Source of the DNA: Candidatus Nanosynbacter lyticus
GTDB taxonomy: Bacteria; Patescibacteriota; Saccharimonadia; Saccharimonadales; Saccharimonadaceae
Length of the DNA stretch: 32,000 bases
Direction: 5' to 3'
NCBI RefSeq assembly: GCF_000803625.1
Contig: NZ_CP007496.1
Span: forward strand, 330,001-362,000
Shown: one piece after another, positions 25,069 to 32,000 of the stretch
How the letters are laid out: every line of letters starts with the position of its first letter
Numbering within the stretch: position 1 is the first letter of the stretch
Translations under genes and position numbers: made by a program
Notes under the pieces: generated by a model
Told to the model about the DNA's origin: nothing
Seen by the model: only the letters and a program-made list of their open reading frames with translations
Databases searched by the model: none

Positions 25069-25110
25069 ATGATACTACGCCTTTGGGACAGAGTCAATTT
25101 TTTTGGGACA
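25069..25110 (-). promoter_or_regulatory. Sigma-70-type promoter of the ATPase/protease cassette with two TGTCCCAAA direct repeats (candidate operator)
   Basis: On the minus strand, TTGACT (plus-strand 25092-25097) is separated by 17 nt from TATCAT (25069-25074). TTTGGGACA occurs at 25082-25090, inside the spacer, and at 25102-25110, just upstream of the -35. The two copies are 20 bp apart. Confidence 0.5.
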
Positions 25111-25150
25111 AATTATAAATAAAACCTAGAAAAATATTATTCTTTAATCT

Positions 25151-25276
25151 CTCTATCCCACCAGAAAGACCCCATGAATCACTTCTCTCTTAGACGAACA
25201 ATAGCTTGCCTGAAGAATCAGACACCAATCCTTTGACGGTTACGCGATAAGCAGCAGGAATATGTTTAAGTTTCAT
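25151..25276 (-). pseudogene. N-terminal Nudix-like fragment with an in-frame TAA
   Basis: The minus-strand frame from the ATG at 25276 reads MKLKHIPAAYRVTVKGLVSDSSGKLLFV*ERSDSWGLSGGIE. This is the typical Nudix N-terminal strand pattern up to the first half of the Nudix box. Similarity stops at ~25151, where the AT-rich cassette begins. The TAA is at 25190-25192. Confidence 0.5.
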
Positions 25277-25282
25277 ATCGTA

Positions 25283-25293
25283 ATTGTAGCACA
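25283..25293 (-). promoter_or_regulatory. TG-extended -10 box (TGTGCTACAAT on the minus strand) 6 nt upstream of the Nudix-fragment ATG
   Basis: It is the reverse complement of attgtagcaca. It has the same motif and spacing as the other putative leaderless promoters in this window. Confidence 0.4.
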
Positions 25294-25342
25294 TATGTCG
25301 CTACTCTCGATGAGACGTTAGGCTTGGTCTACTTATCGCACA

Positions 25343-25370
25343 ATAAAAAGCACTCGGGAATCCCGAGCGC
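25343..25370 (-). terminator. Intrinsic terminator immediately after rpsH
   Basis: The minus-strand RNA gcgcucggg-auu-cccgagugc forms a 9-bp stem with one G-U pair. It is followed by uuuuuauug. It lies 22 nt downstream of the rpsH stop. Confidence 0.75.
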
Positions 25371-25391
25371 TTTTCTACTAGCAGTTTTAGA

Positions 25392-25793
25392 TTAGTACAC
25401 CTTCAACAGCAACTCACCACCAAGTTTAGCCTTGGCTGCTTCAGCGCCAGTCATGACACCTTTTGAGGTTGAGATGAGTACTAGACCGCGGCCGCTTTTC
25501 ACCTTTGGAATCTCGCTAGCGCCGACGTAGACACGACGACCTGGCTTGGATACACGGGTGATCTCGTTGATGGTGCTGTTAGTACCCTCTTCGTTGATGG
25601 TCACGACCAACACACCACGAGGCTTAGCGTCCTCTAGTTTAACATCTGCAAGGTAGCCGTTTTTGACTAATTGTTCAGCGATGACTTTTTTCATCTTGCT
25701 GGACGGAACACGAACTTCCGTCTTGCCAACCAGTTTCGCATTGCGAATGCGCGTCAGAAGGTCGGCGATTGGGTCTGTAGTTTGCATAGACAT
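25392..25793 (-). CDS. rpsH: 30S ribosomal protein S8
   Basis: MSMQTTDPIADLLTRIRNAKLVGKTEVRVPSSKMK is canonical uS8. The start at 25793 is preferred over the ORF-track 25820, which overlaps rpsN. Confidence 0.93.
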   Translation of the reverse strand: MSMQTTDPIADLLTRIRNAKLVGKTEVRVPSSKMKKVIAEQLVKNGYLADVKLEDAKPRGVLVVTINEEGTNSTINEITRVSKPGRRVYVGASEIPKVKSGRGLVLISTSKGVMTGAEAAKAKLGGELLLKVY

Positions 25794-25813
25794 TGTCGAA
25801 TCTCCTTTCCTTC

Positions 25814-26083
25814 TTACCAACTACTCTTTGTTATACCTGGGATTTCGCCCTTGGCTGCTTTTTCGCGGAAATTGATGCGGCTCAGGCCGAACTGGCGCAT
25901 GTAGCCACGTGGACGGCCGGAAATGCTGTCGCGGTTCTTGTGCCGAGTTGGGCTCGAGTTGCGAGGCAGTTTCTGTAGACCGTCGAGGTCGCCAAGTTCT
26001 TTGAGCTCAGCGCGCTTCGCAGCGTATTTTGCGATCATCTTCAGACGCTTTTTGTCGCGAGCGACCATTGATTTCTTAGCCAT
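25814..26083 (-). CDS. rpsN: 30S ribosomal protein S14 (long, Cys-less form)
   Basis: The translation runs [28 protein letters not shown]...[31 protein letters not shown]. Confidence 0.95.
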   Translation of the reverse strand: MAKKSMVARDKKRLKMIAKYAAKRAELKELGDLDGLQKLPRNSSPTRHKNRDSISGRPRGYMRQFGLSRINFREKAAKGEIPGITKSSW

Positions 26084-26667
26084 TACCTGACGCCTCCTTT
26101 CTTCTCAAACGGCATGCCAAATTTCTCCAGCAAGGCTTTTGATGCTTCCTTGCTGCCGTTCTTGATGACAAATGTTACCTGCAACCCGTGCAAAATCTGC
26201 GTTTCTTCAAAGGTCAGTTCTGGGAAAATTGACTGCTCGATGATACCCAGGTTGTAATTGCCGCCTTTGTCGAATTTCAAGCCAACGCCGTGGAAGTCGC
26301 GCACACGTGGTAATGCTACGTTGATCAAGCGATCCATGAACTCGTACATTCGAGCACCACGTAGGGTCACGCTCACACCGATTGGCGCACCCATACCCTT
26401 ACGGATACTAAAGCCAGCGATTGACTTCTTTGCCTGGCGGGCAACTGGTGCCTGACCGGTGATCTTTTCAACAGTGTTTTTGACAATTTCAAAGTGACGC
26501 TTGTCATCTTTCTTTTTGCCGGTGCCAACGCTCACGATGATCTTTTCCAAAGCTGGCACTTGGTGCACGTTCTTTAGATCTAGTTCGGCTTGCAGTTCCT
26601 TTAGGTATTTCTCCTGGTACAAGGCTTTCAAGCGAGGAGCTGGCACGACGGTTTTCTTCTCTGCCAT
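26083..26667 (-). CDS. rplE: 50S ribosomal protein L5
   Basis: The translation runs [38 protein letters not shown]...[15 protein letters not shown]. Confidence 0.95.
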   Translation of the reverse strand: MAEKKTVVPAPRLKALYQEKYLKELQAELDLKNVHQVPALEKIIVSVGTGKKKDDKRHFEIVKNTVEKITGQAPVARQAKKSIAGFSIRKGMGAPIGVSVTLRGARMYEFMDRLINVALPRVRDFHGVGLKFDKGGNYNLGIIEQSIFPELTFEETQILHGLQVTFVIKNGSKEASKALLEKFGMPFEKKGGVR

Positions 26668-26987
26668 TATTTAATCTCCTTATTTTTTGCTTGGCGAGCG
26701 ACGCGAGTTTTGCCGCCGTCAGCATTCTTTACTAAACCAACCCGGCTGGTTTTGCCTGACTTTTCGTCGACAACCAGCGCGACTTTACTGATGTCCATCG
26801 GTACGTGGATATCTTTCTTGCCGCCTTTTGGATTGTACTGGCTTGGCTTGACGTGGCGGTGTCCGACGCCAACACCTTCGACCAAAACAGTTTGATCTTT
26901 GGTGTTAACCTTCAGGACTTTACCAGTCGTACCCTTGTTTTTACCAGCGATGATTTTTACTGTGTCATCTTTGTGAATACGAGCCAT
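26667..26987 (-). CDS. rplX: 50S ribosomal protein L24
   Basis: It has the KOW motif IHKDDTVKIIAGKNKGTTGKVLKV. It sits in the conserved position between rplN and rplE. Confidence 0.95.
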   Translation of the reverse strand: MARIHKDDTVKIIAGKNKGTTGKVLKVNTKDQTVLVEGVGVGHRHVKPSQYNPKGGKKDIHVPMDISKVALVVDEKSGKTSRVGLVKNADGGKTRVARQAKNKEIK

Positions 26988-27355
26988 TAGAGTACCTCCG
27001 GAGCCAAGCTTACGATCTTCATGTAGCCCATGTCGCGAAGCTCGCGTGGTACTGGGCCGAAGACGCGGGTAGCCTTTGGCTGCTTGTCATCGTTGATAAT
27101 CACCACGGCGTTGTCATCAAAGCAGATGGTTGAGCCGTCTTTGCGGTGGATTTGGTCGCGGGTGCGAACCACTACGGCCTTGACGACAGATTTCTTTTTG
27201 ACGTTGCCGGTTGGGCTGGCGTCTTTGACTGAACAGACGATCACGTCACCAACGCGAGCGTAGCGGCGACGGGTACCGCCGAGAACACGGATGCACAACA
27301 CTTCTTTGGCACCCGAGTTGTCAGCTACCTTGAGGCGAGATTCTTGTTGGATCAT
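26987..27355 (-). CDS. rplN: 50S ribosomal protein L14
   Basis: [27 protein letters not shown] is canonical uL14. Confidence 0.96.
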   Translation of the reverse strand: MIQQESRLKVADNSGAKEVLCIRVLGGTRRRYARVGDVIVCSVKDASPTGNVKKKSVVKAVVVRTRDQIHRKDGSTICFDDNAVVIINDDKQPKATRVFGPVPRELRDMGYMKIVSLAPEVL

Positions 27356-27663
27356 TTGTCATCCTCCTTGGTCTCTTCCTCAGCTTCACCAGAAACTTCA
27401 GCCTTTAGTTTGATAGAACCGCGAGACTTTTCAATCACCTTGACCAGCGTAAAGCTCTTGGTTTTGGAAATTGGGCGAGTCTCTTCGATTTGCACCTTGT
27501 CGCCTTCGCCTGCTTGATTGGTCTCATCATGAGCAGTGTACTTGCGAGTCACGGTGTACTGTTTGCCGTAGAGCGGATGCGTTTCGCGGCTGGTGACCGT
27601 CACAGTGATGGTCTTGTCGCGCTTGGCACTCGTTACGACGCCAATCAGTGTTCGTCGGGCCAT
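27352..27663 (-). CDS. rpsQ: 30S ribosomal protein S17 (acidic C-terminal tail)
   Basis: [45 protein letters not shown] is canonical uS17. Confidence 0.95.
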   Translation of the reverse strand: MARRTLIGVVTSAKRDKTITVTVTSRETHPLYGKQYTVTRKYTAHDETNQAGEGDKVQIEETRPISKTKSFTLVKVIEKSRGSIKLKAEVSGEAEEETKEDDK

Positions 27664-27869
27664 TACTTGCTCTCCTTTTCGTTAATTTGTGTCAGCAGGC
27701 GTGCGATGTCCTTGCGGAGTGAACGCAACGCTTTTGGATTAACTAATTCGCCAGCAGCGCGAGAACGTTTTGCCTGAAGCAGGTCATTTCGCTTTTCGGC
27801 GAGCTCCTTCTTCAAATCGTCAACCGTCTTTACAACTGCTGCTTTTGCGGTTTTCTTTGTCTCAGCCAT
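27663..27869 (-). CDS. rpmC: 50S ribosomal protein L29
   Basis: It is a short helical protein containing LKKELAEKRNDLLQAKRSRAAGELVNP. It sits in the conserved position between rplP and rpsQ. Confidence 0.9.
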   Translation of the reverse strand: MAETKKTAKAAVVKTVDDLKKELAEKRNDLLQAKRSRAAGELVNPKALRSLRKDIARLLTQINEKESK

Positions 27870-28282
27870 TATGCGTCCTCCCGCTTGATGAACTTACATT
27901 TGACTGGTAGTTTGTGGCTCGCCAGGCGCATTGCCTCGCGAGCGACTTCCTCTGAAACGCCCTGCATTTCAAACAGCACCGTGCCAGCCTTCACCTTGGC
28001 AACAAAGAACTCTGGATTACCCTTGCCCTGGCCCATCTTCAAACCAAGTGGCTTGCGAGTAACTGGGGTGTGTGGAAAAATCCGGATCCAAATCTTACCA
28101 CCACGCTTGATGTAGCGGGTCATCGCCTGACGGGCTGACTCGATTTGGCGGGAGTTGATGCGCTCGTTTGATTGTGATTGCAGTGCAAAGTCGCCGAACG
28201 CGATGTAATTACCACGGGTTGCTCGACCACGGTTTTTACCGATACGCACTTTGCGATATTTAGTCTTTTTCGGTAACAGCAT
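27869..28282 (-). CDS. rplP: 50S ribosomal protein L16
   Basis: The translation runs [36 protein letters not shown]...[26 protein letters not shown]. Confidence 0.96.
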   Translation of the reverse strand: MLLPKKTKYRKVRIGKNRGRATRGNYIAFGDFALQSQSNERINSRQIESARQAMTRYIKRGGKIWIRIFPHTPVTRKPLGLKMGQGKGNPEFFVAKVKAGTVLFEMQGVSEEVAREAMRLASHKLPVKCKFIKREDA

Positions 28283-28918
28283 TTAGCGACTCCTTTCTCC
28301 CTTATAAATCCACACTTTCACGCCGATGATACCAGCTGGTGTCTGGGCGCGAGCACAGTGGAAGTCAATATCAGCACGAAGAGTGTGCAGCGGCACTGAG
28401 CCTTCAATCACCTTTTCGCGGCGTGCCATTTCAGCACCGTTCAAACGACCAGCCACCTCGATGCGGATACCTTTGGCGCCAGCGCTCATGGTGTTTTGTG
28501 CGGTCATTTTGGTTGCACGGCGGAAGTTGATGCGGCGTTCCAACTGGCGGGCGATGTTTTCTGCCACCAATTTAGCTGCCAATTCCGGTCGGCGGACTTC
28601 TTCGATGTTGATGCGAACTGCCTGACCGACGATTTTCTCAACTTGTTTTTTCAATTCATTCACGCCAGCACCGCCACGGCCGATCACCACACCAGCTTTC
28701 GCCGTGTGAATGGTTACCGTGATCAAGTTGGCACTCCGCTCAATCTCAATACGATTGATGGTTGGGCGTGAGGCAAATTTCTTCTCAATCAATTCGCGGA
28801 TTTCGTGATCCTGGCGAATTGCCTCCGCAAACTCTTTCTTATTGGCCGTAAACCAACGAGAGCTCCAGTTCTTGTGAACTTGTAGGCGGAAGTTGATTGG
28901 ATTCACTTTTTGACCCAT
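28283..28918 (-). CDS. rpsC: 30S ribosomal protein S3
   Basis: The translation runs MGQKVNPINFRLQVHKNWSSRWF...GIRIEVAGRLNGAEMAR, covering the KH and S3-C domains. Confidence 0.96.
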   Translation of the reverse strand: MGQKVNPINFRLQVHKNWSSRWFTANKKEFAEAIRQDHEIRELIEKKFASRPTINRIEIERSANLITVTIHTAKAGVVIGRGGAGVNELKKQVEKIVGQAVRINIEEVRRPELAAKLVAENIARQLERRINFRRATKMTAQNTMSAGAKGIRIEVAGRLNGAEMARREKVIEGSVPLHTLRADIDFHCARAQTPAGIIGVKVWIYKGERSR

Positions 28919-29383
28919 TTACTTCTCCTCCTTTTTTGCCGTGGTTTCGGCGGCTTTTTTCGCTGCAGGCTTGGCAGGTTTGGTCTCTGCTTTGGCCTTG
29001 GTCTCTGGTTTCTTCGCAGGCGCTTTCTTTGGTTTCTCAGTACCAGTTACTTCAACCAAGATGTTTGACGTCTTTTTCTGGAATGGCAAAGCACGACCCT
29101 TTGACGCTGGCTTAAAGCGTCGTAGACGCGTACCAGTGGTAACGCTCAACGTGGTAATCACCAAGCTTTTAGCGTCCAAACCGTGGTTGTTGATGGCGTT
29201 TGCCTTGGCACTGTCAATTGCCTTTTTGACTGGCAGGGCAGCGCGTTTTGGCACGTGTTCCAAGATAACCAATGCGTCAGCGACGGTGCGGCCACGTACT
29301 AGTGCAGCCACCAAGCTAACCTTGCGTGGTGTTTGGTCAACACCTTTGGCGTAAGCGCGAACAGTATAAGTTGTATCAGCCAT
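28919..29383 (-). CDS. rplV: 50S ribosomal protein L22 with a Lys/Ala/Glu-rich C-terminal tail
   Basis: The uL22 core reads AYAKGVDQTPRKVSLVAALVRGRTVADALVILEHVPKRAA. It is followed by a ~40-aa tail, EKPKKAPAKKPETKAKAETKPAKPAAKKAAETTAKKEEK. Confidence 0.93.
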   Translation of the reverse strand: MADTTYTVRAYAKGVDQTPRKVSLVAALVRGRTVADALVILEHVPKRAALPVKKAIDSAKANAINNHGLDAKSLVITTLSVTTGTRLRRFKPASKGRALPFQKKTSNILVEVTGTEKPKKAPAKKPETKAKAETKPAKPAAKKAAETTAKKEEK

Positions 29384-29385
29384 GA

Positions 29386-29652
29386 TTACTTCTTATCCTT
29401 TCCGCCGTGCTTACGGAACTTACGAGTTGGACTAAACTCACCGAGTTTGTGGCCAACCATGTTTTCGGTAATCAGCACAGGCACGTGCATCCGACCGTTG
29501 TAGACAGCAATCGTTCGACCGACCATTTCTGGGGTGATGGTCGAAGCGCGCGCCCACGTTTTGATAACGGTTCGATCGTCAAGGCTGAGAGCAGCGACTT
29601 TTTTCGCAAGCTTCACATCGACGAATGGACCTTTCTTTAATGAACGACTCAT
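29386..29652 (-). CDS. rpsS: 30S ribosomal protein S19
   Basis: The translation runs [15 protein letters not shown]...[35 protein letters not shown]. Confidence 0.96.
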   Translation of the reverse strand: MSRSLKKGPFVDVKLAKKVAALSLDDRTVIKTWARASTITPEMVGRTIAVYNGRMHVPVLITENMVGHKLGEFSPTRKFRKHGGKDKK

Positions 29653-29658
29653 CGTGAT

Positions 29659-30498
29659 TTACCTCTTCCTCTTCGCGTCGTGACGCGTGCGTACGATTAA
29701 TTTATTCGAGCCTTTACGGCGACGAGTTCGATAACCTAATGTCAATTGACCCCAAGGAGTACGTGGTGCTTTACCAGTACCGTGGCGACCACCGTCACCA
29801 CCACCATGTGGGTGGTCTGCGGCGTTCATAACGACACCACGAACGGTTGGGCGAATACCCTTGCGACGTTTGCGACCAGCTGAACCGATCTTAACATTCT
29901 GGTGCTGGACGTTACCGACTACACCGATAGCAGCGGTAGCTTCCAAGCGAACTTTGCGAACTTCGCCAGATGGCAATTTGATAGTTGCATAGTTGCCTTC
30001 TTTCGCCATCAACTGAGCCTTAGCACCGGCAGCGCGTACCATTTGTGCACCCTTACCAGCGGTCAACTCAATAGCGTAAATCATCGTACCAACAGGGATA
30101 GCAGACAGCGGCAGGCGGTTTGATGCCTCGATTGGCGCTTCCTCGCCAGTCTGAATAGTCTTGCCTTTGACCATCGAGGTGTCGGCCAATACGTAGTGGT
30201 ACAAATTGTACTGATCTTTCACTCGAGCGATACGGGCTGAGCGGTTTGGATCGTACTCAATTTCTTCAATCGTCAGCGTCAGACCAGCCGGCAAATTGTG
30301 GTTCACCAAACGGTAGTGACGACGAACGCCACCGCCGCGATGACGCACGGTGATACGGCCCTGGTTATTGCGGCCAGCATTTTGCTTTTTGGCTTTGATC
30401 AGACTTTTGAGCGGTTTTCTTGTCGTGATATCCGACAAGTCCTGACTCGTCATGCCGCGACGAGCAGGAGTGGTTGGATTGTAAGCTTTCACTGGCAT
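29659..30498 (-). CDS. rplB: 50S ribosomal protein L2
   Basis: The translation runs GRNNQGRITVRHRGGGVRRHYR...VRGVVMNAADHPHGGGDGG. Confidence 0.96.
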   Translation of the reverse strand: MPVKAYNPTTPARRGMTSQDLSDITTRKPLKSLIKAKKQNAGRNNQGRITVRHRGGGVRRHYRLVNHNLPAGLTLTIEEIEYDPNRSARIARVKDQYNLYHYVLADTSMVKGKTIQTGEEAPIEASNRLPLSAIPVGTMIYAIELTAGKGAQMVRAAGAKAQLMAKEGNYATIKLPSGEVRKVRLEATAAIGVVGNVQHQNVKIGSAGRKRRKGIRPTVRGVVMNAADHPHGGGDGGRHGTGKAPRTPWGQLTLGYRTRRRKGSNKLIVRTRHDAKRKR

Positions 30499-30818
30499 TA
30501 CTTGGTCTCCTCCATCTGCTGCTCTACTGCGTCAAACACATCGAGCTTATCGCCTTCTTTCAGCGTCACGTAAGCCTTCTTCCAATCCTTGCGCGTTGTT
30601 GTGCCAGGATAACGATTCTTGCCTCGTGAGAAACGCACAGCTTTGCCGTCTTGCACCAAGGTTTTCACCTTTAGGACGGTAACGTCAAATTGCGCTTCAA
30701 CTGCTGCTTTGATCTCGTTTTTATTAAGGTTGAGCGGAACGCGGAACACGTACACGCCATTGGCGCTCTGTGCATATGCTTTCTCGCTAATGCGTGGGAT
30801 AATTGTCATCTGTTTCAT
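30498..30818 (-). CDS. rplW: 50S ribosomal protein L23
   Basis: The translation runs IPRISEKAYAQSANGVYVFRVPLNLNKNEIKAAVEAQFDVTVLKVKT. Confidence 0.93.
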   Translation of the reverse strand: MKQMTIIPRISEKAYAQSANGVYVFRVPLNLNKNEIKAAVEAQFDVTVLKVKTLVQDGKAVRFSRGKNRYPGTTTRKDWKKAYVTLKEGDKLDVFDAVEQQMEETK

Positions 30819-30819
30819 A

Positions 30820-31419
30820 TTACGCTTCCTCCTTACCCAGCCATTCAGTGATTACTGGCAGAGCTTTCGGGGTCATGACAATAGTATCCGCATTCAGAAT
30901 GTGGTAGACGCTGAGGTAGCTCGCGCGAATCACCAATACGTTCTGAATGTTGTTTGTGGCACGCATCAATTCTGGCGTCTTTTCGTCGACGACGATCAGC
31001 ACGCGGCGCTCAAACTTGTTGTCAGCCAAGAAGGTTGCGACCTCTTTAGTCTTGCCAGTCGTCTTGATATCTTTGACGACGATCTTCTTCGCTTCATTGG
31101 CTACCGTCAAGGCTTGGCGAATTGCCACTTTCTTGGCGGTTTTAGACAATTTTTTAGTGTAGTTTTCGTTACCGCGTGGGCCAAATACTACACCACCGCC
31201 GCGCCAGATTGGGTTACGGCTTGAGCCAAAACGTGCTCGACCAGTTCCCTTTTGCTTCCATGGTTTTTTACCACCACCGGAAACTTCACCACGCTGCTTG
31301 GTGGTTGCACTTGCCAAACGAGCGTTGGCCAGGTAGCTGTCATATGCCAATTTCAACAGTTCGTGGTTTGGCACTTCAACAGCAAAAATGTCTTTAGGAA
31401 GTTTGGTTGATTCAGCCAT
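30820..31419 (-). CDS. rplD: 50S ribosomal protein L4
   Basis: The translation runs GEVSGGGKKPWKQKGTGRARFGSSRNPIWRGGGVVFGP. Confidence 0.95.
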   Translation of the reverse strand: MAESTKLPKDIFAVEVPNHELLKLAYDSYLANARLASATTKQRGEVSGGGKKPWKQKGTGRARFGSSRNPIWRGGGVVFGPRGNENYTKKLSKTAKKVAIRQALTVANEAKKIVVKDIKTTGKTKEVATFLADNKFERRVLIVVDEKTPELMRATNNIQNVLVIRASYLSVYHILNADTIVMTPKALPVITEWLGKEEA

Positions 31420-32000
31420 TACTTGTTACCTCCTAAAATGATCAGCCCTTTTCGCGGCCCAGGTACAGCGCCCTTTACCCCGATCAGATTGGTCTCTGGA
31501 TCAACATATGCCACTTCCAGGTTCTTGACGGTAACGCGCTCGTGGCCCATGTGGCCAGCCATCGTCTTACCCTTGAACACTTTTTGTGGATACATCGAGC
31601 CAATTGAACCTGGCTTACGAGTATTACCTTTACCACCGTGCGTCTTGCGGTGACGCTTAAAGTTGTGGCGTTTAATGGTTCCAGCGAAACCTTTACCTTT
31701 GCTGGTTCCGGTCGCATCGACAGAATCGCCGACTTCGAACGCGGAAACGTTGATTTCATCGCCAACTTTGAGACCTTCAGGGATCTCGTCGACGCGGAAT
31801 TCCCGAATGTGCTTCGGGGTCACTTGGGCTGGCTTGACGTGTCCAGCCACGGCCTTGCTCAGGTTCTTACCCTCTCCATAAGCGACCTGTACCGCATTGT
31901 AACCGTCGGTTTCGACAGTCTTCACCTGAGTCACGGTGACAGGGCCGGCTTGGATCAGCGTCACCGGAATGGCTTTGCCGTCTTCAGCCAAGAGCTGGGT
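31419..32000 (-). CDS. rplC: 50S ribosomal protein L3 (5' end beyond the window)
   Basis: The translation runs ...TQLLAEDGKAIPVTLIQAGPVTVTQVKT...FKGKTMAGHMGHERVTVKNLEV. The frame is still open at 32000, and the first ~20 residues normal for uL3 are missing. Confidence 0.93.
   Translation of the reverse strand, partial: TQLLAEDGKAIPVTLIQAGPVTVTQVKTVETDGYNAVQVAYGEGKNLSKAVAGHVKPAQVTPKHIREFRVDEIPEGLKVGDEINVSAFEVGDSVDATGTSKGKGFAGTIKRHNFKRHRKTHGGKGNTRKPGSIGSMYPQKVFKGKTMAGHMGHERVTVKNLEVAYVDPETNLIGVKGAVPGPRKGLIILGGNK

Noticed and set aside
21679-25127. An 8-bp inverted match near the two edges of the AT-rich cassette, ttctaggt (21679-21686) and acctagaa (25120-25127), considered as possible terminal inverted repeats.
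   Set aside because: With only 8-12 bp in AT-rich sequence, a match of this size between two ~100-bp windows is expected by chance fairly often. No transposase gene and no target-site duplication support it.
30619-31224. A 201-aa plus-strand ORF.
   Set aside because: It is antisense to rplW and rplD. It has no recognisable motifs and no promoter or Shine-Dalgarno sequence.
1-32000. Alternative genetic code (UGA recoded, as in some CPR relatives such as Gracilibacteria/Absconditabacteria).
   Set aside because: All conserved ribosomal, rpoA, secY, trpS and copA genes translate full-length with the standard code and contain no in-frame TGA. The only in-frame stops are TAG/TAA, and they occur in the two Nudix loci.

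Overview
The window looks like a chromosomal segment from a small-genome CPR/Patescibacteria bacterium. Candidatus Saccharibacteria (TM7) is my best guess, made from gene content only with no database search. Standard code 11 fits, because no conserved gene needs in-frame TGA read-through.

Almost everything is on the minus strand. Reading from high to low coordinates there is an S10-spc-alpha ribosomal superoperon: rplC-rplD-rplW-rplB-rpsS-rplV-rpsC-rplP-rpmC-rpsQ-rplN-rplX-rplE-rpsN-rpsH | rplF-rplR-rpsE-rplO | secY | infA-rpmJ-rpsM-rpsK-rpsD-rpoA-rplQ-rplM-rpsI. After it come an alpha/beta hydrolase, a CYTH-Ham1-Nudix trio, trpS, an RluA-family pseudouridine synthase, holB, a TPR protein, three tRNAs (Thr-TGT, Tyr-GTA, Thr-GGT) and a decayed type I R-M locus (hsdM stub plus hsdS).

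The superoperon is interrupted twice by foreign-looking DNA.
1. Between rpsH and rplF there is a 5.5-kb wedge. It carries a second CYTH-Ham1 pair and an AT-rich two-gene AAA+ ATPase plus S8 subtilase cassette. Spot counts of 60-nt lines give roughly 30% GC for the cassette against roughly 50% or more in the flanks. The architecture is IetAS-like, so this is a candidate defence system. The cassette is bracketed by two decayed Nudix gene fragments.
2. Between secY and infA there is a ~3-kb AT-rich copY-copA copper-resistance island. It is bounded by a perfect 25-bp direct repeat and contains no recombinase.

Other points: rpmD (L30) is absent, and adk/map are missing from the secY-infA interval. 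Both Nudix genes carry in-frame stop codons. Several genes appear leaderless behind TG-extended -10 boxes. I saw no CRISPR array, rRNA gene, transposase or integrase.
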